In this document: positions 23,501 through 31,068 of the stretch, piece after piece
How positions within the stretch are numbered: position 1 is the first letter of the stretch
Layout of the letters: each line of letters opens with the position of its first letter
Virus record (IMG/VR): IMGVR_UViG_3300006735_005664
Coordinates: 1 to 59,936 of that record
Source of the DNA: a virus
Lineage: Duplodnaviria; Caudoviricetes
Length of the DNA: 59,936 bases
Strand: one strand, 5' to 3'
Program-made: the position numbers and the translations under genes
Notes under the pieces: model-generated
Seen by the model: only the letters and a program-made list of their open reading frames with translations
Told to the model about the DNA's origin: nothing
Databases searched by the model: none

Positions 23501-26500
23501 CTACATCTCCAGTTATGATTAGAGTTATTGAGGCTTCAAATACTGCTGACTGGGTAAATCTATCAGTTATTAAAGCTGTAGAGCTTGATAAAAAATCAGG
23601 TGAAATTGTATTAACTGATAAATTAGTTAATGGATTTTTAGATAAAGTTGAAAAAGAATTTAATTTAATTTCAGATGAATCAGCAAAACTAAGTGATCCT
23701 GAATGGATGGACAAAGAAGATGTATATGATGGATATCATACAGATAAAAAAGGAAATATAGCTTCTAGTATAAAACAAATTGAGGAGCATGAGAATGATA
23801 AAAAGAATAAAAAGAATCAACATCAACAATATAGAGCATATAAGTTTACAGAAAATGAATCTGTTTTAGTTATAAGAAAACCTAAAGAAAAAATAGATAC
23901 TCTAACAAATGATAACGTTAGAGGTACATTAGGTAATGTTGAATATGGAAGAATAGAAACAGGAGATCAAAAAGTATTTGTAAAAGATAATTTAATTAGT
24001 GGTTTACAAGCTGGTGGTAGAGCAGAAGTTATGATCGGAGAAGAGATATTTATGATAGATCATCTAGGTAGAAAAAATAGAACCCAATATGATCTACTTA
24101 AAGCTATTCTAGATGGTGAATTTGGTACTGCTGTTAGCACTGAAGTAACTGATAAACATTCTAAAAATAATAAAATTACTTTATCAGATCCAGAAGGAGG
24201 TTCATATGAGTTCTATACAGAAAGTGCTAAGCTTGCTAAGTTTTTTAATAATCCTAAAATAGATAAAAATATTTATAGAATATTACCTAGAGAAGATTAT
24301 TTAAACGAGCTAAAAGAAAAAGGTCAAGTAATGAGTTTACAAAAAGGGACTGTTGATATGTCTCTTAAACAAGAATTAGAAAGATTAGCAAGACAAGGTG
24401 ATGTGAGTTTTTCACAAGCTTTAGATAAGTTAGATACATTACGTGAAGAAAAGGGTTTAAATAGTGTAAGAGATACTGTTAAAGCAGCTTTAAAATCTCA
24501 ATATAATTTATATAACATTGCTATTAATAAAATAGGTGTTATGGACAGGCTTGATGCACGCTTAAAGAACGGCATAACAGCTGATAGTGCTAAGAAAAAA
24601 GGATATGCTAAAAGCGGTAAAAATAAAGCAACTAGACATACATCTAAATTAATGAATCTTACAGAGGATGTTGAATACAATTTACAACAAATATTTTTTA
24701 GTAATTGGCTTAATACTAGTTCTCTTAATGAAGTATTACTAGGCAATGAATCAATATCTTTAAAAGATGGTGTTGATAAAATTAAAAGAGCAAAAATGCA
24801 AAATGCAGCTGGTCCTAATGCAAGATCAGTTGTTACAAAACCAGAATGGGGTATAAATGATATTACCACACATGTAGATGGAATTGTAATTGAAGATCCT
24901 GAGTTTGAAAAAACATATGATGGAACTGGTAAAGGTCATCAACAAACTGATGCTCAAGTTTATATGACTATTAAGGCTTTTAAACAAACTTGGTTTGGTC
25001 TTGGTAAATTAAACAAACAACAAGCAGAATTGATTGAAAAAGTTACAAAGGGACAACCTATAACAGCAGAAGAATTTTTTGGAGCTGTTGATAAAAATAG
25101 TTTAGGTTATAAACAATTTGATGCGCAATTAAATTCTAAAAAATATGTTTATGGAGATGGTATGCGATATGTAAAGATGTCTGTATTTGTTCTTACTCCA
25201 GAATTTGATAGTCATAAAGATGGCAAACCTTTAGAGAGTAGAGTAAAGCTTTATAACTTAAGAAAAAAGATGGAGGAATATGAAGCAAAGAATAAAACTA
25301 TTATGTGGGCTATTCCTAAAAGTGCATCTAAAATGGCAAATAAAAATGTTATTAAACCTGAAATAGCATTTAATAGTGATACTAATTATGACGATACTTT
25401 TGGAAAAGGAAATAAGAATGTTACAAAATTTGATGCACGTTGGTTAAGATTACAACAAGTTACTCCATCTAATAAAATAGAAATTGTTGATCCTAGACAA
25501 ATAAAAAATCTTATACTTAATGAACAAGATGATAGTGTAACTGTTATACTTGAAGGTAAGGAATATACAGTAGGTGAAATTAAAAAACTTTATGAATTAT
25601 CTTTAACACATAGAGTTGAATTAAAATACTTAAATAGAAGAAATCTTATATTTGATGTTGACAGTGCTCTTGGAGAGTTAACAAAAAGTATTGCATCTGG
25701 AGGAATTACTCCAGACTTACAATCATTTTTAGATTATGCAACAGCAGCTTTAGAGGCTTCTCAATCTAAATCTCAGTTCATAGAATTTTTCAGTATGGAA
25801 AATAATACATCTAAGTATGAGCTAAACAATCCTATTACTATACAGAGATATACAGAACTAATAATGAGCTTCTTCGGTCAAGGAGTATTGTCTGAAAAAC
25901 AACCAGGACACACAGTTACTCTTGCATCTGATTATGGTGTAGATGTAATTAAGCAAGTAGAAGAAGTTGATGGAAATGGAAACCCAATAGCATGGAGAGT
26001 TGTGCGCACAGATGAATGGACAAATAAATCTGAAGAAGAAAGATCTACATTATCTGCAATTAAAGAAAATAAAGACGGAACTTTTTCAGGGTTAGCAAAA
26101 GATCAATATTATGTAGATAGACTAAGACATGATATAGTTGAATACAAAAGAGGCAAGGATGGTAAACTAATAAAAAAGAATGGTAAACTTGTAAAAACAA
26201 AACAAAGATTTTCTGAGTTTATGATACCTCCTCATTTTTCAGAAATGATGACTAATCTTGATCCAACAAAACCTATACCAGATACATTAGCTAAAATGTT
26301 TGGTGTACGTATACCATCTCAAGATAAACATTCAGCAATAAACTTAAAGATTGTAGATTTTATGCCTGTTTATTATGGATCTACTGCTATATTTTCAAGA
26401 GAACTTATTGAGGTATCTGGAGCTGACTTTGATATTGATAAACTTTATATTCAAAATAAAGAATTCTATGTTAATGAAAAAGGTGAGTTTAAAGAATACG

Positions 26501-29500
26501 GTAAAGCAAAAAAAGAAAAAGATCAATTTGCAGATTATATAAGATATACGTTAAAACAATTTAAAAATAAACAGTCTAGTGAAGCATTAGCACTTAAAAA
26601 GTGGAGAAGAAGAGCAGACTCAACAGACAAAAAAACTCAGACTGACATTATAAAAGATGTAAATGTAATAGAAAAAGAATTTGATTATTGGTTTAGAACT
26701 AATAAAAGTAATTTAGGGGTTAGTACAGATGACAGCCCTTCTTATAAAGAACTAATAGAAAATTCTGCTAAAAAAACATTTGCTGATACAGAAGGTTATG
26801 ATTATGATGAGCTTTCCGGTAAGTTTCAACCTGTATATAAAGAAGATACAGAGATCACAGAAAGAGCATCAAATGAAGAGATCTTACAATACTTTAAAGA
26901 AAATAAATTTATAGCTGGTGCTTTAGGTATTTTAAAACTACCAATTAATTTTACTGAATATAAACAGTTTAAAGAAGATAATAAAGTTGAAATAAATAAT
27001 GATTTAACTTTTTATGCAGAACCTTATGCTGGTGGATATAATAATCAAGTTCTTGATTATAAAATTGCTTTACTTGGTAATGATCATATGACCAAAGTAG
27101 AGTCTGGATCTACAGCATCTATTAAAAATGAACCAGCAGATTTAGGACCCCTAACAGATATAGTAGAAGAAATAGAAAATGATCTTCCTAATTTAGCTGA
27201 AGAATTTAATGAAGATGGTCTTGATGTCAATAATATGCTTGGTATTCTAAAAGCTTGGTCAAATAATAAAGCTGGTGCAAGAAATATTGGAGCTGCAGTA
27301 TTACCTAATGTATATTTAGGATGGCTTAAAAATGCTAATATACAACTAAGAGAAGCTAATTCTAAAGGTACACCAATTCCGTTATTAAGATTAAATAAAC
27401 ATGATTATAAAAACTTTGGTATTAATTATGAAATAGATACTAAAACAGGAAAAGAAAATAAGTCAGGATATAGAACTCAATATATCATTTCTGCTCTTAT
27501 AACAGCAATGACAGATAATGCAAAAGAACGTCTTGCTGCAAAGCTTGGTTTAAATAAAGATGCTCTAGCTGTTGTAACTAACATGGTTGCTTTAGGTGTT
27601 AACATTAAAACAGCTATATACTTAGTTAATTATCCTACAATTAAAGACGCTTACTTTAAAGCTATGAATAAAAAATCACCCACTGATCCAGGTATAAGAT
27701 CATTAATAATGGGACAGATTATAAGTTTAGATAAAGGAGAGGTTGCAGAGTTATCTAAAAAGGTTGAAGTTACAGATGGTTTACTAAGAGAACATATATT
27801 AGATTTTAAGAATGCTCAAGAAACTGCAATTATAAATCAAGAACCTTTAGCTAATGAATGGAAAGCAGAAGAACTTGCAGTTCTAAAGCAGTTTATGAAT
27901 ATATGGATGATAAAAGACTCTACTTCAAAGCTTAGTACTATTGCTAATATTCAAAAGGGAATGGGTAGAGATATGCAAACTATTGAGGCTAAGAGTGCTG
28001 ATTTTGAAGCACTAGGTTTAGAGTTATCTGATCAAGATTTTTCAGAAACAAATATTCCATTTGATATAAGACATTTAGTTAAAAATCCAGATACAATTAT
28101 GGGTGTTAACTATTTAATGTATAAACAATTTACAGAAAGAATTTTACCACAAGCTCTTGTAGTAGCCTCTAAACCATTTAAAAAACTACATAATATTATT
28201 AGAGAAAATTTTGGAGCACTACCTCCAGCACTTGCAGAAGCTGCAATTGAAAAATCTAGAAAAGATATTTTAACATATGTTAATGGCTTAGCTTATATGA
28301 ATCTTGTAGCAGGTACAAATAATTTTACTGCAACATCATTAAATAACTCTCTTATATATCAAGAAATGGACGGACCTGTTGATATATATGATGTTGTTAA
28401 TAAAACAAGAGCTTATCTAAAAGAAAAAAATGTTGAAAACAAATTCTTAGAAAAATTTATCTTTAATGATAAAGCATATACTGGAGAAAATAAATCAGCA
28501 TTAAACCGTATTACAGCTAATCAATGGACTCAACTAGCTCCAAGTCAAATTACAGAGCTACAAGACGGACTACTTTCTTTATGGAGTGGTAATGAAGTGG
28601 AAAGAGAAGCAGCAACACATTTAATTAACTACTTATTAGTTAAAGATGGATTCCAATATAAATCAGATTCATTTTTAAACATTGTTCCTCCAGTAATGTT
28701 AAGTACATTCTTGCAAGCATCAGAGGCTGTAAAAGAATTATTTTCACAAGACAATCCTACGGATACAGGTTTTGAAAATGTATTTGGACAAGGTGTAAAC
28801 TTTGAAGTATTAGCAGAATATATGACAGAATATTTTGAATCAGCTTCTACTGAACATTTTGTGCAACCAATTATTGCTCAAGATCAATGGGGTAAACTTA
28901 TACAAATGGCTTATGGTGTACAAGCAGAAGTAGATACCGAAATATACTCTTCAATGATAAATGAAAAAGTTGCTTTAGGAAGACCTAATGCAATATTTGT
29001 AACTCAAGATACTCAAGCTCAAGATGTTATAAGAAATAATAGAGTTAGAAATTTACCAAATGTGTTTACTATACCTACTAGAAAATCTAAAAAAGAACCT
29101 TTTACTGATGATGAGATTTTAGAAAATAAAGATATTATTACTGAAGCTTTAGATAAAATAAGAGATGTAATTGGTGAATCTGGAATGCCTTTAAATCTTG
29201 ATGTAGAAGGATTTGGTGTAGGTAAAGGTTGGGATATGGAAACAGATGCTCCTGAAACTTTTAAATTTTTATCAGATGAACTAAAAAGATTATTTGCATA
29301 TAAACAACCATACTTTAGATCAGAAAAAACTAAATCTAAAGACGGTGTTACAAAAGTTATTTCCGGAATGCAAACTGGTGTAGATCAAATAGGTTTAGAA
29401 GTTGCTAAAGAATTAGGAATAAAAACAGGTGGTACAGCTCCTAGAGATTTTGTAACAGAAGAAGGAAAAGCAAAAGAACTTGCTGAAGAATATGGTGTTA

Positions 29501-31065
29501 AGGAAGTAACTGAAGACAGTAATAAAAAATATGGTAAACCTGAAGAAGAACTTTATTCAGCTAGAACTGAATTAAATGTAATGAATTCAGATGGTACTGT
29601 GTATTTTAATTTTGGTGAAACTTCACCAGGATTACAATCTACTAAAGGTTTTGTTGAAAATGTATTAGCAAGAAAAATTCAAGATCCTGAAAATAAAAGT
29701 AAACAAATTATAAGACCAGACAAACCTTTTATATTAAATCCTACAGTAGAACAACTAAAAGAATTTATTAAAAATAATAAAATTAAAACACTTAATGTTG
29801 CTGGTAATAGACTTAGTAAAATGAATTCTGACCAACAAAAAAATGTTAAAGAAATTTTAGAAGATGCATTGGGTGTAGAAAAGAAAGGAGGTAAAAAAAC
29901 AAGAGTAGCAGGATCAGTGGATAAAGTAACAGAACAAAAGTATGCATCATATTTAAATCTTCAAGAACCAGGTAAAGCTATAATGATAGTTGATGCAATG
30001 TTAGGTACAAGAAGAGATAAAACTAAAAAGAAAGTTGTATTTAGTAAAGGTTATAAAAAAAGAAAAGGGGAAACTCAAAAGCAATATAATGCAAGAATTA
30101 AAAAAGCAAAAGCTAATAAATCTCAATTAAAAAGAAGTGGGCGTAAGACTAAAGTTATAACCATAAACAATCAAGAAATAGATGTATTTACTTTTAAGAC
30201 ACATGAAAAAATAAGAGTTCCTGTTGTTTATAAAGATTTAAAAGATGGAAAAATAAAAAAACATAAAACAAAAAAAATTACAATACTTCTAAAAAGAACT
30301 AAACTATATGTTCCTTACACAGCAGAAGAGATACCACAAGCAGGAGATGTTTTTAATTTAGATAATCCAGAAAGCACTGTGTGGGGCACTAGAGCAGAAT
30401 ATGTACAAGTTCTTAGCCGAGGTAGTAAACAACAAAACGGAATGTCTTTTATTTATGATCCTGTTGATGGCGGTGTTATTATAAGAAGACCAGCATATGA
30501 TGCATTAAGAGAAGCACAAAAAGCAGCTGAAGTTGTTAATGATAAAACAGGTGCTGGTGGTAGCAATGTAGTACTAGAAGCACAATTGGAAGCAGCTGCA
30601 AATAGAGTAGCAAAGTCTGGTACTAAAGGTAATATTAATAATACAAATATTAATCAAGTAAATTCAACTAATGATAATATTGAATTGATAGCCGGTAATA
30701 CAAAAGTAGGAGATACTAAAGATGAGTATATTGGAAGTATAATAAAAAAGAATTTAATAGGAAAGGATAAACCTAAAGCTGAAGGAAGTGTTGGATCTAG
30801 TTTATTTAAAAAACAAAGTAAGGTACAGGATATAAAACCTAAGATTACTAAGAAAGATTTAACTGAAAAAAATGAGAATCCTAACAAAAATTATAGTAAC
30901 TTGCGACAATATTTAGAAGAATTAGGAGGACCTAGAAGATTTAAACTTGCTTCAATTATGGGATTTTCAGATGGTAATATATCTACATTTGAAAATGATT
31001 TAGATAAATCATCATATACTGAAAAAGAATATTTAGAGGACTTAAAGAAATGTTATAATTCATAA
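14518..31065 (+). CDS. Giant virion-packaged DNA-dependent RNA polymerase (crAss-like, phi14:2 gp66-type double-psi beta-barrel), multidomain
   Basis: 5515 aa; FGVRIPSQDKHS followed by VSGADFDIDKLY (DFDID at 26425-26439), the catalytic signature of crAss-like vRNAPs; zincin YHEAFH (21037-21051) with downstream EEYLAD; SLOG-like domain near the C-terminus. Confidence 0.9.
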   Translation: MAEEKEITNNLPQPIPPAKDGVNQTPIVDETNFNIPNYPKPQEFDSIADSIIQGVQNEAPTIDDNTRAALEAASYDINKVLPQIGGYKKYLSPGPSGQGFNPWEASTNNFNLNTVEGRRAFMAGSSQRAAQNFQDTGRGTPSSGAWQDPVVFGMRAMNADRYWNHPKFEEIGYHPFQDNESYYNTNSSWWDDMNRSRGAFSTMFGPAFTSNWRAIRDFFHGDNLAMDYKGSEAMADAMRIGSSSRGGIGGFANDLFINSAYTAGIISSMFVEEAALTMGTAFTGGATSGIQALRTAGHMKTLFNLGDKISDMSRTVGNYSTDFLRQIGDVEYARKFYNWTKGSTFTPRSARWLASQLAPETSYAMSKINSTRNTVENMGNLAKTGKLFGGFYRDARALSLAWSESKLEGGLQELEKREEYYMRMLEENGGNPLSQQQWEALDYLAKADGLSTAWKNFPIIWLSNKFVLDGALRGFKPLGRMLDETMEGAGGRIMRGEVSGKQMWFDAGTGLKRVWNAGFKGNARLFGAAALRYSTANFAEGFQELAQEGVSAGTGRYYDGLFEEALSTSIDLDIAAVESARKTNTYEDVMKGISAGFQGESVNFHTFMSGFLMGGMVQPFQAVLFKHMPNLYKRVSDPKEFKAYQKAKEKYITNSVNTLNELWNENPRKYFDITKLDALNQRSLNQEMLKASYLNDIMAFKDAKDQAIFSKLYTMIKLGKGAQFSEHIKNFLNMTDEELLQAFPEADASVKDIRKRFEGMDKKLLDMQDKYHKLNEKYVNPFDENKYEFGSRAYAQEAIRQMAYDHAKMMLMFTNNTYERSVERMNSIYEKLSVDPVVDKMAANDINALLTREGMMKEIRILEDELAVPPGKTAKKEYKEIYKQKQEKLKLLTDYKNVLNSDKNKNKDGTFKKAKLPLLKKAFLKYVNHIKDTSNGKLTDNDGIDQAIEMIVDHKILNGRLSDYDRARRILDNPDHLVEVADRVANAMNRVWEANKKEYKIYKDTKEFVNNQERSKVLTDLAKEGIFADSDQAIIYLKSGVVPDIWYSEDSKITPMTAFENPNAWKTKNRILRNHKKIKEEEAKSDAVEKQKVKNQTEGDQGDITDKEVKDVKEGKNKTERSVFQEFLSTDPNTEKILEKQYEQYEEQYDQLITKPAFYEFNEWIQRGDGGAPVLRARMKLYNLWNAQSAKAKAKEPFELWLKQNQGRADVNNIITNQKSANGESLVAADVMYDTVMNEKSELQHTLDTEETQLYILKDAGIAVIRVDVFDEDTQTKSKYFRIITLNGKDAYDVYEDLDKTGEVIKKTYNRKTDVDNAAKFIKDNKVKGDTFKFEIAPGEFQDLTTKQHIYKDNKKYIVQSRKSLVEEHGNLFVTPQEGGDPIKINPGEFTSEGWTIGETSAERKDKPVQLSTTEDVSSLTRLRVNEPISFYKYISDEQEAQGYTSEEAIQDFEETLKRLTPEDRKNLTLKITKGENFEAVIENAPEDAKGIQKHFKDFPQFYNQQEDDFYKANSQLKRGASKFNVVLMLNDQPIGRMSSFHDAVLLDKNGERLDPLTITADQAKRLFRTKGHGRDAHITIQNNYAYSLMIEKKFDDLLKGKDTADVKVEDLKDDNIHLLLDPGRPAYGNRKKKKLFTKINDLDYWDIGEYKGQKIFYVVNQQRRSGKAARVESPPITNHPQEEADIPAFENLRDEVDAIMGNQGKTSFDYKLRMGRYIMFVKTPNGTMTAIELKSPPLTDAKLNEIFTDLKTKSAEIADNHIVNENKSNESYSDQAEEIAYNFADQLASELFIASETEGQNISIELQPYGGVVISDYNTTSKKQRHITISRGKMKQIADLNEFIEFTNKKWTDEHGTDNKIELKKEYLRKNIPNNISVEDFKSDMTANIQPHIRYQLGLNLEYTGDVEALKEAHAQAKKDKILKKENAGSVETTTTDKKEIKELNRETFKAIAASQFRRVPEGIIRSIAQKIVNKEELTPQEQAIANSPQQKSRIAAERMSLMNSQNSPESEKRVKSGDLFKSKTRKNEKAQTDKLKEQADQAWMEAFEEGLIKFNGDKKAASKMADNDKKYISLMAQYKDARENLPGLKVLDSLDNFDEEDIQKIEDFVEWAKQNLPDWIQIESIEDLGERLKNSGMTVGAFLMHLKNSALGVSGGYIGKIYVGKKTPYKYHEAFHAVFRMMLSEEQINKFLNLAKKDVNKLLRSTKGYEMIPGFFAKSKKQALDKLRTLSPVYEKMSDKKLEDVLNEEYLADQFEMFRQNPKTSKVDSQVKSWFTVVWEFIMSIFTKMGSKNNTQEDPMHELFKDIDSAKYKTANVQNNRFTEAAAKLNGGITTPAYKLLTKDEIEVPVQIRRAGELITVKKKIKQTFTSDESDLLVRNSVSAYWDLRAKLKIDQKKKKVADKARKAAEKNVIHEAVNLVIQYHDPNGPAWDNLDMKTEAGKKEYKQQKDKYEALLAYRKDFRDAVRSYLDLVQKQDQDMIDDYDLADNAEVKSTEDWDEEANQRGGYRNLPTQLRMFIATTVIAEQDKHGNPIYLNPDAPKNKRIQLKAGVDYIQAYNGLLKSVSGTLDEVDMLKKMYLFSRTNNHSRAVIRKFFNKIFGKNGMQIVEQTVIENGQLPAQSQIADPEFLNMMFNGFYQFRVDYIFALRDKKTGETSLFAANHKDDAHNQTTKWNAAHQTKIKALRNRNSMLKGGALRKLNSYVINPLTNDLRSTESPKSFEALEDKSRRYAEQLEDLTGISLSANYIAYSILQTKDPSDPNLIALKTAYTEQGITFEDLEELSISLQKGEEIFYDHQEIDNPDKVKDNDGNETVPDTEIVEGGIKGRLKKWALGNAVFDETVGSTVFLDPKGNFIYAHQLPTYHLEKVAMINSAEGIKMEKDANPDYVKNYLLNDPAFNSLAENQQLKVLRMIGFKETTTSLTADGTRVENKGLDANAMPGKSYGELTDAEQQANLINMYLLNVSQRSGKLRQENYYTEQKGRRNNTIEFATSPVMIRVIEASNTADWVNLSVIKAVELDKKSGEIVLTDKLVNGFLDKVEKEFNLISDESAKLSDPEWMDKEDVYDGYHTDKKGNIASSIKQIEEHENDKKNKKNQHQQYRAYKFTENESVLVIRKPKEKIDTLTNDNVRGTLGNVEYGRIETGDQKVFVKDNLISGLQAGGRAEVMIGEEIFMIDHLGRKNRTQYDLLKAILDGEFGTAVSTEVTDKHSKNNKITLSDPEGGSYEFYTESAKLAKFFNNPKIDKNIYRILPREDYLNELKEKGQVMSLQKGTVDMSLKQELERLARQGDVSFSQALDKLDTLREEKGLNSVRDTVKAALKSQYNLYNIAINKIGVMDRLDARLKNGITADSAKKKGYAKSGKNKATRHTSKLMNLTEDVEYNLQQIFFSNWLNTSSLNEVLLGNESISLKDGVDKIKRAKMQNAAGPNARSVVTKPEWGINDITTHVDGIVIEDPEFEKTYDGTGKGHQQTDAQVYMTIKAFKQTWFGLGKLNKQQAELIEKVTKGQPITAEEFFGAVDKNSLGYKQFDAQLNSKKYVYGDGMRYVKMSVFVLTPEFDSHKDGKPLESRVKLYNLRKKMEEYEAKNKTIMWAIPKSASKMANKNVIKPEIAFNSDTNYDDTFGKGNKNVTKFDARWLRLQQVTPSNKIEIVDPRQIKNLILNEQDDSVTVILEGKEYTVGEIKKLYELSLTHRVELKYLNRRNLIFDVDSALGELTKSIASGGITPDLQSFLDYATAALEASQSKSQFIEFFSMENNTSKYELNNPITIQRYTELIMSFFGQGVLSEKQPGHTVTLASDYGVDVIKQVEEVDGNGNPIAWRVVRTDEWTNKSEEERSTLSAIKENKDGTFSGLAKDQYYVDRLRHDIVEYKRGKDGKLIKKNGKLVKTKQRFSEFMIPPHFSEMMTNLDPTKPIPDTLAKMFGVRIPSQDKHSAINLKIVDFMPVYYGSTAIFSRELIEVSGADFDIDKLYIQNKEFYVNEKGEFKEYGKAKKEKDQFADYIRYTLKQFKNKQSSEALALKKWRRRADSTDKKTQTDIIKDVNVIEKEFDYWFRTNKSNLGVSTDDSPSYKELIENSAKKTFADTEGYDYDELSGKFQPVYKEDTEITERASNEEILQYFKENKFIAGALGILKLPINFTEYKQFKEDNKVEINNDLTFYAEPYAGGYNNQVLDYKIALLGNDHMTKVESGSTASIKNEPADLGPLTDIVEEIENDLPNLAEEFNEDGLDVNNMLGILKAWSNNKAGARNIGAAVLPNVYLGWLKNANIQLREANSKGTPIPLLRLNKHDYKNFGINYEIDTKTGKENKSGYRTQYIISALITAMTDNAKERLAAKLGLNKDALAVVTNMVALGVNIKTAIYLVNYPTIKDAYFKAMNKKSPTDPGIRSLIMGQIISLDKGEVAELSKKVEVTDGLLREHILDFKNAQETAIINQEPLANEWKAEELAVLKQFMNIWMIKDSTSKLSTIANIQKGMGRDMQTIEAKSADFEALGLELSDQDFSETNIPFDIRHLVKNPDTIMGVNYLMYKQFTERILPQALVVASKPFKKLHNIIRENFGALPPALAEAAIEKSRKDILTYVNGLAYMNLVAGTNNFTATSLNNSLIYQEMDGPVDIYDVVNKTRAYLKEKNVENKFLEKFIFNDKAYTGENKSALNRITANQWTQLAPSQITELQDGLLSLWSGNEVEREAATHLINYLLVKDGFQYKSDSFLNIVPPVMLSTFLQASEAVKELFSQDNPTDTGFENVFGQGVNFEVLAEYMTEYFESASTEHFVQPIIAQDQWGKLIQMAYGVQAEVDTEIYSSMINEKVALGRPNAIFVTQDTQAQDVIRNNRVRNLPNVFTIPTRKSKKEPFTDDEILENKDIITEALDKIRDVIGESGMPLNLDVEGFGVGKGWDMETDAPETFKFLSDELKRLFAYKQPYFRSEKTKSKDGVTKVISGMQTGVDQIGLEVAKELGIKTGGTAPRDFVTEEGKAKELAEEYGVKEVTEDSNKKYGKPEEELYSARTELNVMNSDGTVYFNFGETSPGLQSTKGFVENVLARKIQDPENKSKQIIRPDKPFILNPTVEQLKEFIKNNKIKTLNVAGNRLSKMNSDQQKNVKEILEDALGVEKKGGKKTRVAGSVDKVTEQKYASYLNLQEPGKAIMIVDAMLGTRRDKTKKKVVFSKGYKKRKGETQKQYNARIKKAKANKSQLKRSGRKTKVITINNQEIDVFTFKTHEKIRVPVVYKDLKDGKIKKHKTKKITILLKRTKLYVPYTAEEIPQAGDVFNLDNPESTVWGTRAEYVQVLSRGSKQQNGMSFIYDPVDGGVIIRRPAYDALREAQKAAEVVNDKTGAGGSNVVLEAQLEAAANRVAKSGTKGNINNTNINQVNSTNDNIELIAGNTKVGDTKDEYIGSIIKKNLIGKDKPKAEGSVGSSLFKKQSKVQDIKPKITKKDLTEKNENPNKNYSNLRQYLEELGGPRRFKLASIMGFSDGNISTFENDLDKSSYTEKEYLEDLKKCYNS

Positions 31066-31068
31066 GCT

